Origin: Erysipelotrichales bacterium
Lineage (GTDB): Bacteria; Bacillota_I; Bacilli_A; Acholeplasmatales; WRBM01
Length of the DNA stretch: 64,000 nt
Reading direction: 5' to 3'
Assembly (NCBI GenBank): GCA_009784525.1
Contig: WRBM01000007.1
Coordinates: forward strand, 2,616 to 66,615
Shown here: piece by piece, positions 20,642 through 30,531 of the stretch
Layout of the letters: each line of letters opens with the position of its first letter
How positions within the stretch are numbered: the first letter of the stretch is position 1
Program-made: the position numbers and the translations under genes
The notes under the pieces: generated by a model
What the model saw: only the letters and a program-made list of their open reading frames with translations
The model's database searches: none
What the model was told of the DNA's origin: nothing

Positions 20642-21351
20642 TTAAGATCTTTGGGAGAAATGTCGTTAAGGAGGCCGTTAGAGCCAACCGAAAAATTACA
20701 GAAATAGACATTCTTGAAACTGTAAAAACTACTGATTCATCTTTTTTAAAACTCTGTGCTGATAAGAAAATTAAAGTTAATGTTTTGTCCAGAAATGAAA
20801 TGGATAAGCGCTATTTAGGACTTCATCAGGGATATGGTGCTTTAGCTGAGGATTATAAGTATTATGAACTTGAAGAAGTCATTGACCAAAGTAAAGCGCA
20901 AGTTTTTATTATTTTGGACGGATTAGAAGATCCGGTAAATCTAGGTGCTATTATTAGGACAGCGGAAGCCGCTGGTATAGCTGGAATCATAATTCCCAAA
21001 AATCGCTCAGTATCTTTAAATGCGACGGTTGCTAAAGTTGCGGCAGGAGCTTTAGAGTATGTGAAAATAATTTCCGTTAATAATCTTAACCGCACAATTG
21101 AGATACTTAAAAAGCATGGTTTTTGGATTGTCGGTACCGATATGTCAGGTGAGAAGACGATTTATGATTTAGATTTGACAGGATCTTTAGGTATTGTTAT
21201 TGGCAGTGAGGGTAGCGGTATTAGAAGGCTAGTCCAGCAAAACTGTGATTTTGTAGTAAAAATTCCGATGTATGGAAAAATCAACTCATTAAATGCGAGC
21301 GTGAGTTGTGGTATTTTGATGTATGAAATAGTAAGGAGAAATAGGGGATAA
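20638..21351 (+). CDS. rlmB: 23S rRNA (G2251-2'-O)-methyltransferase
   Basis: DPVNLGAIIRTA, GSEGSG, IPMYGKINSLNAS. Confidence 0.93.
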   Translation: MIKIFGRNVVKEAVRANRKITEIDILETVKTTDSSFLKLCADKKIKVNVLSRNEMDKRYLGLHQGYGALAEDYKYYELEEVIDQSKAQVFIILDGLEDPVNLGAIIRTAEAAGIAGIIIPKNRSVSLNATVAKVAAGALEYVKIISVNNLNRTIEILKKHGFWIVGTDMSGEKTIYDLDLTGSLGIVIGSEGSGIRRLVQQNCDFVVKIPMYGKINSLNASVSCGILMYEIVRRNRG

Positions 21352-21352
21352 A

Positions 21353-21886
21353 ATGATTTTCAAATATTACAATGACTATGAGCTATTGTACATGATTAAA
21401 CATGAACAAAGTGAAGAGGCATTGAATATTATGTTTGAAAAGTATAAGAATTTTATCGGCTTAAAAATTAACTCATTTAGAATTTATAAGATTCAAAGAG
21501 ATGATTATTTCCAGGAAGGATTAATTATCCTTCATAAAGCAATCTATCGTTATGATGATGGATATGGTAAAACTTTTCTGCGTTTTTTTGAAATGTGTTT
21601 AGAAAGGCATTTTATTATGCTTGGAAAAAAAAGAGATTCGGAAAATAGATTAGTAGGTCTTTATCAGGAGAATCTAGGCTTAGATGTTGAAGAAGCTTCT
21701 GAACAGATTCAGGAAAGTCTGACGAAATATCGGCAAGTTAAATTTAAGAGTCAAAGGGAACAGACTATTTATGAAGAGTATTTTTTACAAAACAAAAAAA
21801 TCAATGAAATAGTTAAAATGACAGGTTATAATGCTAAAAGCGTTTATAATACTATTCTTCGGATCAGAAAAAAGTTAAAAGACTAA
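21353..21886 (+). CDS. sigH: SigH-like RNA polymerase sigma factor
   Basis: NDYELL, DYFQEGLI.L.KAI..YD, C-terminal KSVYNTI.RIRKKL; position after rlmB as in Bacilli. Confidence 0.7.
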   Translation: MIFKYYNDYELLYMIKHEQSEEALNIMFEKYKNFIGLKINSFRIYKIQRDDYFQEGLIILHKAIYRYDDGYGKTFLRFFEMCLERHFIMLGKKRDSENRLVGLYQENLGLDVEEASEQIQESLTKYRQVKFKSQREQTIYEEYFLQNKKINEIVKMTGYNAKSVYNTILRIRKKLKD

Positions 21887-21901
21887 GATTGAGGTATACA
21901 G

Positions 21902-23251
21902 ATGAACAAATATGCAATAATTCTTTCGGCAGGTAAAGGCACAAGAATGAAAACGGAACTGCCAAAATGCGCTTATCCGCTTTATGGAAAACCAATGATT
22001 AATTATATTCTGGAAAACTTACGTGCATCAGGTATAAATGATATTTGGACAATTGTCGGCCACAAAAAAGAAGTCTTTGAAGAAATGCTTAAAGATACCG
22101 TAAACTACGCTGTTCAAAATGAACAGTTAGGCACAGGACATGCGGTTAAAATGGCTGCTTTAGCAATGAAAGACCTTAAAGGCATTACGATAATCTTAGC
22201 TGGCGATACGCCACTTATTGATTCAAAAACCATAAGTGATGCGATTGATTATCATAATAAGCAGAAACATACTATGACAATAGTTTCTACCGATATGGAT
22301 AATCCTTTTTCTTATGGTAGAATTGTTAGAAATAAAGCTGGTAATGTTATTGCGATAAGAGAAGAAAAAGACTGTTCTGAACAAGAAAAACTTATCAAAG
22401 AAATTAATAGCGGACTTTATGTAATTGACAATCAAAAACTCTTTTGGGCTTTAGAGCGAATCACTAATAATAATGTTAAAAATGAATATTACCTTACAGA
22501 CATTGTTGGTTTATTGCAAGAAAAAGAAAAAATCGGGACATATAAGATTGCGGATGCGGATATTTTGATTGGCATTAATGACTTAGTAACTTTAAGTGAA
22601 GTAGAGCAAATTATTAAGAATCGGATTGATCTTGATTTGATGCAAAAAGGCATCAACCTGATTAATCGAGCATCGATTTTTATTGGGCCTGATGTTAAAA
22701 TTGAAGAGGGAGTTACAATTTATCCTAATACAATCCTTAGTGGTCCAACAATTATTGGTAAAGAGGCAATTATCGGGCCTAATTCAGAGATTCATAATAG
22801 CATGATCGGTAGCCAAACTAAAATAACCCATTCTGTTATTTATAACTCTAAGGTAGGAAATGGTAATTATATTGGTCCGTATGCTCATATCAGAGATAAT
22901 AGTGTTTTAGCAAGCAACAATCGAATTGGTAATTTTGTAGAAGTTAAAAGTGCAGCAATTAAAGATAATGTTATGGCTTGCCATTTAGCCTATCTGGGTG
23001 ATGCGGAAATTGGTAGTAGAGCTAATATTGGCTGTGGAGCAGTTACTGTTAATTTTGATGGTAAAAACAAGCATAAAACAGTCATTGGTAAAGATGCATT
23101 TATCGGTTGTAATGTTAATTTGATTGCGCCTTTGACAATTGGTGATAATGCTTTTATTGCTTGTGGCACGACGCTTGGCGAAAATTTAGATAACAATACA
23201 TTTGCGATTTCCAGACCTGAGCTAAAGAAAAAACCTAATAAATTTAAATAA
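21902..23251 (+). CDS. glmU: Bifunctional UDP-GlcNAc pyrophosphorylase / GlcN-1-P acetyltransferase
   Basis: LSAGKGTRMK, QLGTGHAV, EYYLTD, hexapeptide repeats, GNFVEVK. Confidence 0.95.
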   Translation: MNKYAIILSAGKGTRMKTELPKCAYPLYGKPMINYILENLRASGINDIWTIVGHKKEVFEEMLKDTVNYAVQNEQLGTGHAVKMAALAMKDLKGITIILAGDTPLIDSKTISDAIDYHNKQKHTMTIVSTDMDNPFSYGRIVRNKAGNVIAIREEKDCSEQEKLIKEINSGLYVIDNQKLFWALERITNNNVKNEYYLTDIVGLLQEKEKIGTYKIADADILIGINDLVTLSEVEQIIKNRIDLDLMQKGINLINRASIFIGPDVKIEEGVTIYPNTILSGPTIIGKEAIIGPNSEIHNSMIGSQTKITHSVIYNSKVGNGNYIGPYAHIRDNSVLASNNRIGNFVEVKSAAIKDNVMACHLAYLGDAEIGSRANIGCGAVTVNFDGKNKHKTVIGKDAFIGCNVNLIAPLTIGDNAFIACGTTLGENLDNNTFAISRPELKKKPNKFK

Positions 23252-23256
23252 TTATG

Positions 23257-23315
23257 AAGAAGTTGTAATCATTTAGTGTTTTAAAGACTCTAAAGATATT
23301 ACAACTTCTTTTTTT
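23257..23315 (+). terminator. Intrinsic terminator after glmU
   Basis: 13-bp stem aagaagttgtaat/attacaacttctt plus T tract. Confidence 0.75.
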
Positions 23316-23433
23316 ATAGCTAATTTTTTTCATTTTTTTAAATGAACATGTTCCAAAAAAAGTCTCAAAAGCATAATATATGTAGTATGCCTATAAATTT
23401 TTATAGTGCAACTATAGATAAAGGAGTATAAAA

Positions 23434-23589
23434 ATGAGATGGAATACAACCAATACAGCTTTAGCCAATAGAATCAACAACGGCAATACTTTCCAAGAAA
23501 CTGATACAGTTACTGAAGGAACTTTAAACGCAATAATTCAGGAATTGTTTAATATCGAAACCTTAGTGGGCGTACTCAGAAGACTTTAA
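23434..23589 (+). CDS. 51-aa protein not in the ORF track, paralogue of the N-terminus of the next gene
   Basis: RBS aaggag; MRWNTTNTALANRINNGNTFQETDTVTEGTLNAIIQELFNIETLVGVLRRL; 17/20 identical to the start of 23657..24157. Confidence 0.85.
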   Translation: MRWNTTNTALANRINNGNTFQETDTVTEGTLNAIIQELFNIETLVGVLRRL

Positions 23590-23656
23590 TACAAGGAGTG
23601 ATTATAGTGCAAAAATGCATTTCAAATAAAAAAGTTAAAATAGAGGGGGCTATCTA

Positions 23657-24157
23657 ATGCGGTGGCAGACAACAAATACCCAACTTGCTAATCGGATAAA
23701 TAGTGGGAATACATTTATTAACGGCGAAGTTTTAACCGCCGATGCCTTAAACGGAATTACCCAGGAAATGTTCGTAAATTCCGATTTGCTGCGCATATTT
23801 TTTGGTCCAACACTAATCGAAGCTTTATTAAATGGCCATACAATTAACTGGACAAGAGTAAGGGGTCAGCCCAGATCAACAACATTTAGAATCACTTTCG
23901 CCAGCCAACCAATTTTTGTCCGAGTTACTGTTCCTGCTAATCTAAACCATCTGTTTACCGCAAGTGTAAATCCTATTAATAATGGTATTGATATAACTGT
24001 CAATGAAACACCAGCATTAAATAATCAAAATATAAACGGAACTGATATTTTCCATTTGAATTTTGATTTTTATTCAGATGCTGGTCGTTCTAATTTAATT
24101 ATGCGACGCAATATCAGAATCAATTATATAGTTCCGCCAGGACAAGGTATAGATTAA
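23657..24157 (+). CDS. Hypothetical protein: shared N-terminal module plus beta-rich C-terminal domain
   Basis: RBS gagggg; F.NGEVLTADALN motif. Confidence 0.8.
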   Translation: MRWQTTNTQLANRINSGNTFINGEVLTADALNGITQEMFVNSDLLRIFFGPTLIEALLNGHTINWTRVRGQPRSTTFRITFASQPIFVRVTVPANLNHLFTASVNPINNGIDITVNETPALNNQNINGTDIFHLNFDFYSDAGRSNLIMRRNIRINYIVPPGQGID

Positions 24158-24171
24158 GAAAGAGGTAAGGT

Positions 24172-25550
24172 ATGAAATTATCAGAATTAAAACAAAAGCT
24201 AATCAGCACGCTTCCCAAAAATATGATGCCAATTGGCATCAATGTTGATAATCTTGAACAAGGTGGTATTTTACCTTATTCATCACAAACTCCGTTTAAC
24301 ATTGATAGCGTCAAAGTTATTGGTGTTGTTGGTAGTCGCGGCAAAACAACCACTTGTTTTATTATTCATGAATTTTTAAAGGCTTCAGGAAAGAAGTCTA
24401 TGCTCTATTCAAGTGCCAAAATTGATTCACCTGCTGGATTTTCTAATCCAGAGGAAGGAGCCGAGACACCTTTAAGATCAGAAACTATTCTTTTACAATT
24501 ATTACTGGAAGCAGAGAGCTATCAACCGGAATTTATCGTTTTGGAGGTAAATGAATCTGCTATTACAAAAGGTTTTGTCAAAGATATTCCTTTTACAGCA
24601 CGGGTTCTTACTAATATTTTTTCTAATCATCATCTTGATATTGAGCCTGAAGATCAGTATGTTAATACAATTAAATCATTCTTTAAAGACGTTAATCCTT
24701 CTGAATCCGCAAGATCGATAAATATCTTTGGATTAACAGGCAATCTGACAAGAGAGGGTTTAAATGAGCTTTTAAATTTAAATCTTAGTAAAAGCTATCT
24801 TTTTGGCTCAAAGCATATCGCTGAGGTGAGAAATACTAATTCCGCAAGCTTTGACTCATTATTACTAAATTGTTTACATGACATCAAAGGAATGGAAATA
24901 GAAGTTAGTTTAAAGCATGAAATCTATAAGTTCAATACCAAGATGATTATGCCTTATAATGCCTTAAATATCACTTGTGCATTGACTGTTTTACAGGCTC
25001 TGCTGAAACCTTTCAAAAAATTATATCTGATTTATCGGTTCCCGGAAGAGAAGAGGTCTTTGCTTTTCAAGACTTTAAAGTAATCAGTGGTTTATTTTTA
25101 TTTCCAATTTTAGAGATACTGGCTGAATATCGTGATAAAGGCGAAATCAATCAGATTCGCTTAATAACAGGCGCTTCCGGAACGGGATTTAATGGTTGGG
25201 AACCTGAGGTATCATCACATTTTTATGTTAGTCAAAGATCAATTATCAGAAGAGAAGCTATTGGTTATGCAAAAAAATTTGCGAATCATATTTATTTAAC
25301 AGAATCTGATTCAGCCGCAGAAGATGCAGAGAATATTTGTCAGGAACTTCAAAGATATATCGGCAATACCATCACTTCGGAAATAATTGTTAATCGTGAA
25401 GAAGCAATTAAAAAGGCGATTAAAGATGCAGAATCTGGTGATGTTGTGGTAATAACTGGTAGAGGCAACAGAAATGCGTTGGTTATTAGTAGGACAGAAG
25501 CTATCCTTTTTAAGGATTCCAATATCATTAAGTCATTGATGGGGGAATAG
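24172..25550 (+). pseudogene. MurE-like amino-acid ligase split by a frameshift near 24995-25020
   Basis: ORF1 has P-loop GSRGKTTT, LEVN, TNI..HHLD, YNALN; the -1 frame continues VPGREE...NREEAIKKAI...GDVVVITGRG. Confidence 0.75.
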
Positions 25551-25553
25551 TTT

Positions 25554-28500
25554 ATGCAAGAGCACATCGGTCATACCAAACTAAATTATCAAATCAAAAA
25601 TGCGTTTGTTTCTGTTAATGTTAGAACAGGTAGGGTATTAGCAGAAATACCAGCGCTTGATGTTGGTAATAAAAATAATCCTCTTAGAATCAGCCATATC
25701 TATAATCCAACAGTTTGGCCTAGTTTATTTCTTAACAGTTTAGCGGGACAATGGAAACTGAATGTTGAGCAGAGATTAATTCAAAGACCAAATCCAGGTG
25801 GTAATCCGTCATTTGATTATATAGATGAAGCTGGGACAATCCATGTTTTTCGTTATGCTGGAAATATTGGTAATGTTTTTACCTATCACGATACCTCTGG
25901 CCTTAATCTTATTCTAACAACAACCGGTCAGTCAGTGATAACTGAACGAGTAATCACAGACGAAAATCAAAACAGACTGGAATTTAATGCAAGCGGACAA
26001 CTAGTAGCTAGCGTTTCAGGGGAAAATGCCTCAATCCGGATGAATTATGTCTATAGTGGGAGCCTTCTTTCGGAGGTTTTTCATAGTAATCGTCAGATGA
26101 GAAGAGTACGCTTTATTTATCGCAATCAACGTTTGGAAGAAATGAGATATGTTACAACTAACCCAGAAACAGTACATCAGACATATCACTATGACTATGA
26201 TCGAAATAATAATTTAAGAACAATTACCAGACGTTCAAGAAGAAATTCTTCAAGAAAAACGGAACACAAAACTCATATTTTCTATGTCCCAAATACGACA
26301 AGAATTGCGGGATTATATGATACAAGAGATAGTGAAGCCATCAGGATTACTTATAATTCCGTTCAACATGAGGGGATTAACAAAGTAAACAGAATCGAAA
26401 CAGGAATTGCTAATACTTTGAAGGCAAACGAAGGGGTACTCAGAGCGAGGGGAACTTTGGATATTCCGTTTTTTGGCGAAATAACAGGACTGGAAAATCA
26501 TGCATTTAAAACAATAATTTCTAACACGCAGTTTATCTATGGAGCTATTCATACGCAAGTTGATGTAATAAATGAAAAAAACGTAAGACTCAGATATTTC
26601 TTTAATGGAAGAGGGCTTTTAAGTTCTATATTTGAGCTTGACGGCGCAAATCTAAGAGAGTTAGAAAAAAGGCCGGGAGTTGATATGCTAAGTCCTGGAG
26701 CCTCTGACGCAGAAATGATTAACGGCATATTTAGTAGAACAGTTGTTCTTTCGGGAAGTGGAGAGCCAACGGAAAATCTTTTTGTTAATACTATTAGGAA
26801 CATAACCCAAGCAAGGAATCATAGGTATCGACATTTTAATAACTTTGTTATTGGATTCTGGTTAAGATTAACAGAAACGATGGCTAATAACAGATTAATT
26901 ATCAATATAGCATCAATTTCTCCTAATGTTAATACCGAAAATGCGGTCTTTTTTGATAATACAGCTATTAATGTTTGGCAATATGTAGAAGTGAGTGTTC
27001 GAATACCGGGAGAAGTTTTATATACGGTTAGATTAAATTTTCCTGGAGGCGCGGGAAGAACAATTAGGCTTGCGGGGATGAAATTCTTTTATGGTGATAG
27101 AACAAAAATGTTTTTATCTTTTAATGGACCAACCAGCCATAGAGATATATTAGAAAATATAAGATCTATTGGTTTCGTTGATACCTTTAGACCTAACGAA
27201 AGCGCGCTAGCAATAAATAGCAGTTTCTTTATTACAGAAAATGATATCTTATCAACTTACGATAGTTTTATGAAAAGGACTGGAGAACACTTTATGTTAT
27301 CAACTTGTGACTTAACAAGAAAATATCTTGTAAGGTCAGCAAGGTTTGTTTTTCAAAATCAAAATAGCTGGAATGTTAGGCTACAAACCGGCACTGATTT
27401 CTGTGATTTTTTTATTGAAACAAGATCAGCTAATGACAAATTAGTGACAGAAACACTACTAAGAAGGATAATAAACCATCCAATCGTTCAAAATGTAAGT
27501 TGTATTGGCATACATCAAAGAGCTAGATATGAAAATGGCCCTCCAACAACAACCGATCTCTGGTTTGATTTTCAAGGGCGAGTACGTTTAGAAGAAGACG
27601 AATACCGGGTAGAAAGTATTTATTCTTATGATAATTGGGGTAGTGTCACTAAGAGAACGACGCAACCTAATAACCAACAGCTAGCTCAACATCTTCGAGA
27701 AACCTTTATTCAAACGAATAATAATTCGATATATGCAAGAAATGTAGCTAACAGTATAATTTCCAGATCAAATTTGTTTGTTGATCCTTTCGGACAATTA
27801 TCAAGTACAACTATGGAGGCAAGATCTCCATTTGGTGTACCGACTAATCCTAATTTGCGATATCAGTTAAGCTATACTTATGATGATTTTTTTGATAAAA
27901 TTATTTCGGTCTCTGATAATGTTCGGGGTTCAAATAGTATGGGCAATAATCAAGTTGCTAGAAATGTTTTAGAATATGATGATGTCGAAAGATTGAAAGA
28001 ATTTAAAGACCAAGGAAGTAACTATGGCTTTTCATTTGATTATAACGATATCGGCGATTTATCAAACAGTTATATTCAACTCGATAACGATAAAAGAAGA
28101 GTTTCAAATATGACGATTAGTAGAAATATTAATAATGATATTATGAGCTATAGACGATTTCGTAATGATGGGACTAATCCAACAGATACAACAATCGTAA
28201 CTTCAGACCGATTCGGCTCTATAGTAAGTTTTAATGAGAATAACAATAATGTAGTGTTTACTAGGCAAAATCTTGTTGAAAGTCAAAGTGTCGCAGAAAT
28301 TATAGAATACAGAGACCCATTTGATAATAACAGACTTTATTCATTCAACTATAGCGATGGTAATGAAGTAACAGAATATGATGTTGAAGGTAAATTAAAT
28401 GTTAAAGCGACTGGAGAAGGAATAGTTTATACAATTTTAGGAATTGGCACAACTCATAGAAGTGCAAAGACAACTTTGACATTTGATGAAAACATTAATA

Positions 28501-30518
28501 TAAATCCAAGAATCACAAAAACGCAAGAAATAATCGGCGGAAGCATGGAATTTGGCGACCGACTTACTATCGATTATCATTATGATCATTTTGGCAGACC
28601 TTCAGGAAGAACGATGGAAGAACGTACTTTTCGAGGACTTGCAAGATCTCAAAGTATAAAAAAAGTAATAGAGGATTATAGATATATTCCAACGACCGGG
28701 ATTTTAATGGATATAATAGTCAGAGATACGGATATACCTGGTTCTCACAATATTATTTATGACATGAGAAATGATATTGACATAATGGGTGGTCATATTG
28801 ATGAAAGAACTACTAGTATCAGAATTCATGATTCAAGTAGTCAAGCGCTCCAAAATTCTCGCAATCATATAGTTAATTATCAATATAGTTATGACGCATC
28901 CAGAAGATTAATTACAGAAATTTGGGGTCAGGACTTTGATCGAAGAGAAGGTAATAGATTCACTTATAATACTGATGGTTCGATAAATTCAGTGGAGTAT
29001 TCGGGGCTAGTTCGAACAAATGGTATAATCAGTGGAACTATAAGCAATTATAACTATCAGAATGGTCGACTTAGAAGCATTGTGTCAAATACTGAAAGCG
29101 CAAATTTTGATTACGATTTCCTAGGAAATTGCACGCATTATAATAGTAATACAGTAAATATGATTTGGGATAGAGGCAATCTTTTAACAGAATATCGATC
29201 AGGTTCTAATAATAATCAAACTGTTAGATATCGCTATAATAACCAAGGTTTGCGTATTAGAAAAGAATTTCCCAACAATCATTTCATTGAATATATATAT
29301 GATGGTAACAAACTTATCGCAGAAAGAGAAAGTGATACTAGATATATAAGATATATATATGACCTTAATGGAATGATTGGCTTTGTGATGAGAGGATTTA
29401 CAAGACCAATATTACCTCATGATTCACCAGATGTATTAGAGTATGCTTATTATTTTATTAAAGATACTATCGGTAATATTGTTGGTTTAAGAAGTGACAA
29501 TCACTTTGAGATGATTATAACATACGATTATGATGCATTTGGCAGACATAAGGTTATGTTAAGAGATAGAGGGAACGTCACAGAGATTACTGATCCAGAC
29601 CATATTGGCCGTAGAAATCCTTACAGGTGGAAGAGTCAGTACTATGATTCAGAAAGTCAGCTTTATTATTTAGAAGGCAGATACTATTCGCCATTGATGA
29701 GACAATATATCAGTCCGGAAGCACCTTACGAGGTGGCTGAACGGGCAATTTTACCAAATAGTTTGAATTCTTATCTTTTAACAGTTGTGAATCCGGTTAG
29801 TTTGGTGTATAATAATAGCAGTATTCTCTCGAGCATTCCATTATATTTTGACGTACCTGAAATAGTGAACAGACGAGGATGGCGCTGGTGGCAACACGTT
29901 GCCTTTTGGGGTGGAGTAATTGCCTTAACGATTGTGACTAAGGGAGCAGCATTAAAACTTTGGAAAGTGGCTAAGGGTGCTAAAGCTGCGAAAGTTGGGC
30001 TTGGTGTTGGGCAAGGTTTCACGGTTGCGGGTAGTTCAAGTATCATGAGTCAAGGTTTTACGGGCATGAATAATGGCTATGGATTCTTTGGTGGCATTAG
30101 CTGGAGCCAGTTTGGTTTTGACGCTACGATTGGCGGATTATCTGGTGGAATCGGGGGAGCTTTTACTTCTCGATGGATAGCGGCAGTGGCTGGATTTAGC
30201 ACAAGTTTTGTGGGGGTTGCAGCACCTCAAGTAATTGATGGTGGCTTAAGCAATGTCAGTTGGTGGAATGCCACTGCGCAAGGTTTAATGGGTGCAGGAA
30301 TTGCGTTTGGGACTTCTACAATGACTTCCGCTGCAAATAAGGCAGTAGGAGGATGGGCAGCAAAAACCCCCATTGCCATAACGGTTGGGGCTAATCCTGG
30401 CGTTATGTTATCTAGCGTCACAGTAACAACAGCGCAAAAATCATTTTTTTGGATTTCAGTTGGATCACAACTATCAGGTATGGGAGCATCTAGATTTGGC
30501 GGTTGGCTTTTAGAATAG
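25554..30518 (+). CDS. Rhs/YD-repeat protein with hydrophobic Gly/Ala-rich C-terminal domain
   Basis: N-terminal VNVRTG...ISHIYN...GQWKLN, YD repeats, core NPYRWKSQYYDSESQLYYLEGRYYSP. Confidence 0.9.
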   Translation: MQEHIGHTKLNYQIKNAFVSVNVRTGRVLAEIPALDVGNKNNPLRISHIYNPTVWPSLFLNSLAGQWKLNVEQRLIQRPNPGGNPSFDYIDEAGTIHVFRYAGNIGNVFTYHDTSGLNLILTTTGQSVITERVITDENQNRLEFNASGQLVASVSGENASIRMNYVYSGSLLSEVFHSNRQMRRVRFIYRNQRLEEMRYVTTNPETVHQTYHYDYDRNNNLRTITRRSRRNSSRKTEHKTHIFYVPNTTRIAGLYDTRDSEAIRITYNSVQHEGINKVNRIETGIANTLKANEGVLRARGTLDIPFFGEITGLENHAFKTIISNTQFIYGAIHTQVDVINEKNVRLRYFFNGRGLLSSIFELDGANLRELEKRPGVDMLSPGASDAEMINGIFSRTVVLSGSGEPTENLFVNTIRNITQARNHRYRHFNNFVIGFWLRLTETMANNRLIINIASISPNVNTENAVFFDNTAINVWQYVEVSVRIPGEVLYTVRLNFPGGAGRTIRLAGMKFFYGDRTKMFLSFNGPTSHRDILENIRSIGFVDTFRPNESALAINSSFFITENDILSTYDSFMKRTGEHFMLSTCDLTRKYLVRSARFVFQNQNSWNVRLQTGTDFCDFFIETRSANDKLVTETLLRRIINHPIVQNVSCIGIHQRARYENGPPTTTDLWFDFQGRVRLEEDEYRVESIYSYDNWGSVTKRTTQPNNQQLAQHLRETFIQTNNNSIYARNVANSIISRSNLFVDPFGQLSSTTMEARSPFGVPTNPNLRYQLSYTYDDFFDKIISVSDNVRGSNSMGNNQVARNVLEYDDVERLKEFKDQGSNYGFSFDYNDIGDLSNSYIQLDNDKRRVSNMTISRNINNDIMSYRRFRNDGTNPTDTTIVTSDRFGSIVSFNENNNNVVFTRQNLVESQSVAEIIEYRDPFDNNRLYSFNYSDGNEVTEYDVEGKLNVKATGEGIVYTILGIGTTHRSAKTTLTFDENININPRITKTQEIIGGSMEFGDRLTIDYHYDHFGRPSGRTMEERTFRGLARSQSIKKVIEDYRYIPTTGILMDIIVRDTDIPGSHNIIYDMRNDIDIMGGHIDERTTSIRIHDSSSQALQNSRNHIVNYQYSYDASRRLITEIWGQDFDRREGNRFTYNTDGSINSVEYSGLVRTNGIISGTISNYNYQNGRLRSIVSNTESANFDYDFLGNCTHYNSNTVNMIWDRGNLLTEYRSGSNNNQTVRYRYNNQGLRIRKEFPNNHFIEYIYDGNKLIAERESDTRYIRYIYDLNGMIGFVMRGFTRPILPHDSPDVLEYAYYFIKDTIGNIVGLRSDNHFEMIITYDYDAFGRHKVMLRDRGNVTEITDPDHIGRRNPYRWKSQYYDSESQLYYLEGRYYSPLMRQYISPEAPYEVAERAILPNSLNSYLLTVVNPVSLVYNNSSILSSIPLYFDVPEIVNRRGWRWWQHVAFWGGVIALTIVTKGAALKLWKVAKGAKAAKVGLGVGQGFTVAGSSSIMSQGFTGMNNGYGFFGGISWSQFGFDATIGGLSGGIGGAFTSRWIAAVAGFSTSFVGVAAPQVIDGGLSNVSWWNATAQGLMGAGIAFGTSTMTSAANKAVGGWAAKTPIAITVGANPGVMLSSVTVTTAQKSFFWISVGSQLSGMGASRFGGWLLE
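29785..29813 (+). promoter_or_regulatory. Internal sigma-A-type promoter in the Rhs gene, probably for the immunity gene
   Basis: TTGTGA-17-TATAAT; recopied as TTGCGA-17-TATAAT at 31301-31329. Confidence 0.55.
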
Positions 30519-30531
30519 GAGATATTATGTT

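Noticed and set aside
24990-25030. Programmed -1 ribosomal frameshift in the Mur-like gene
   Set aside because: No canonical X XXY YYZ heptamer in frame and no clear downstream structure; an indel is simpler
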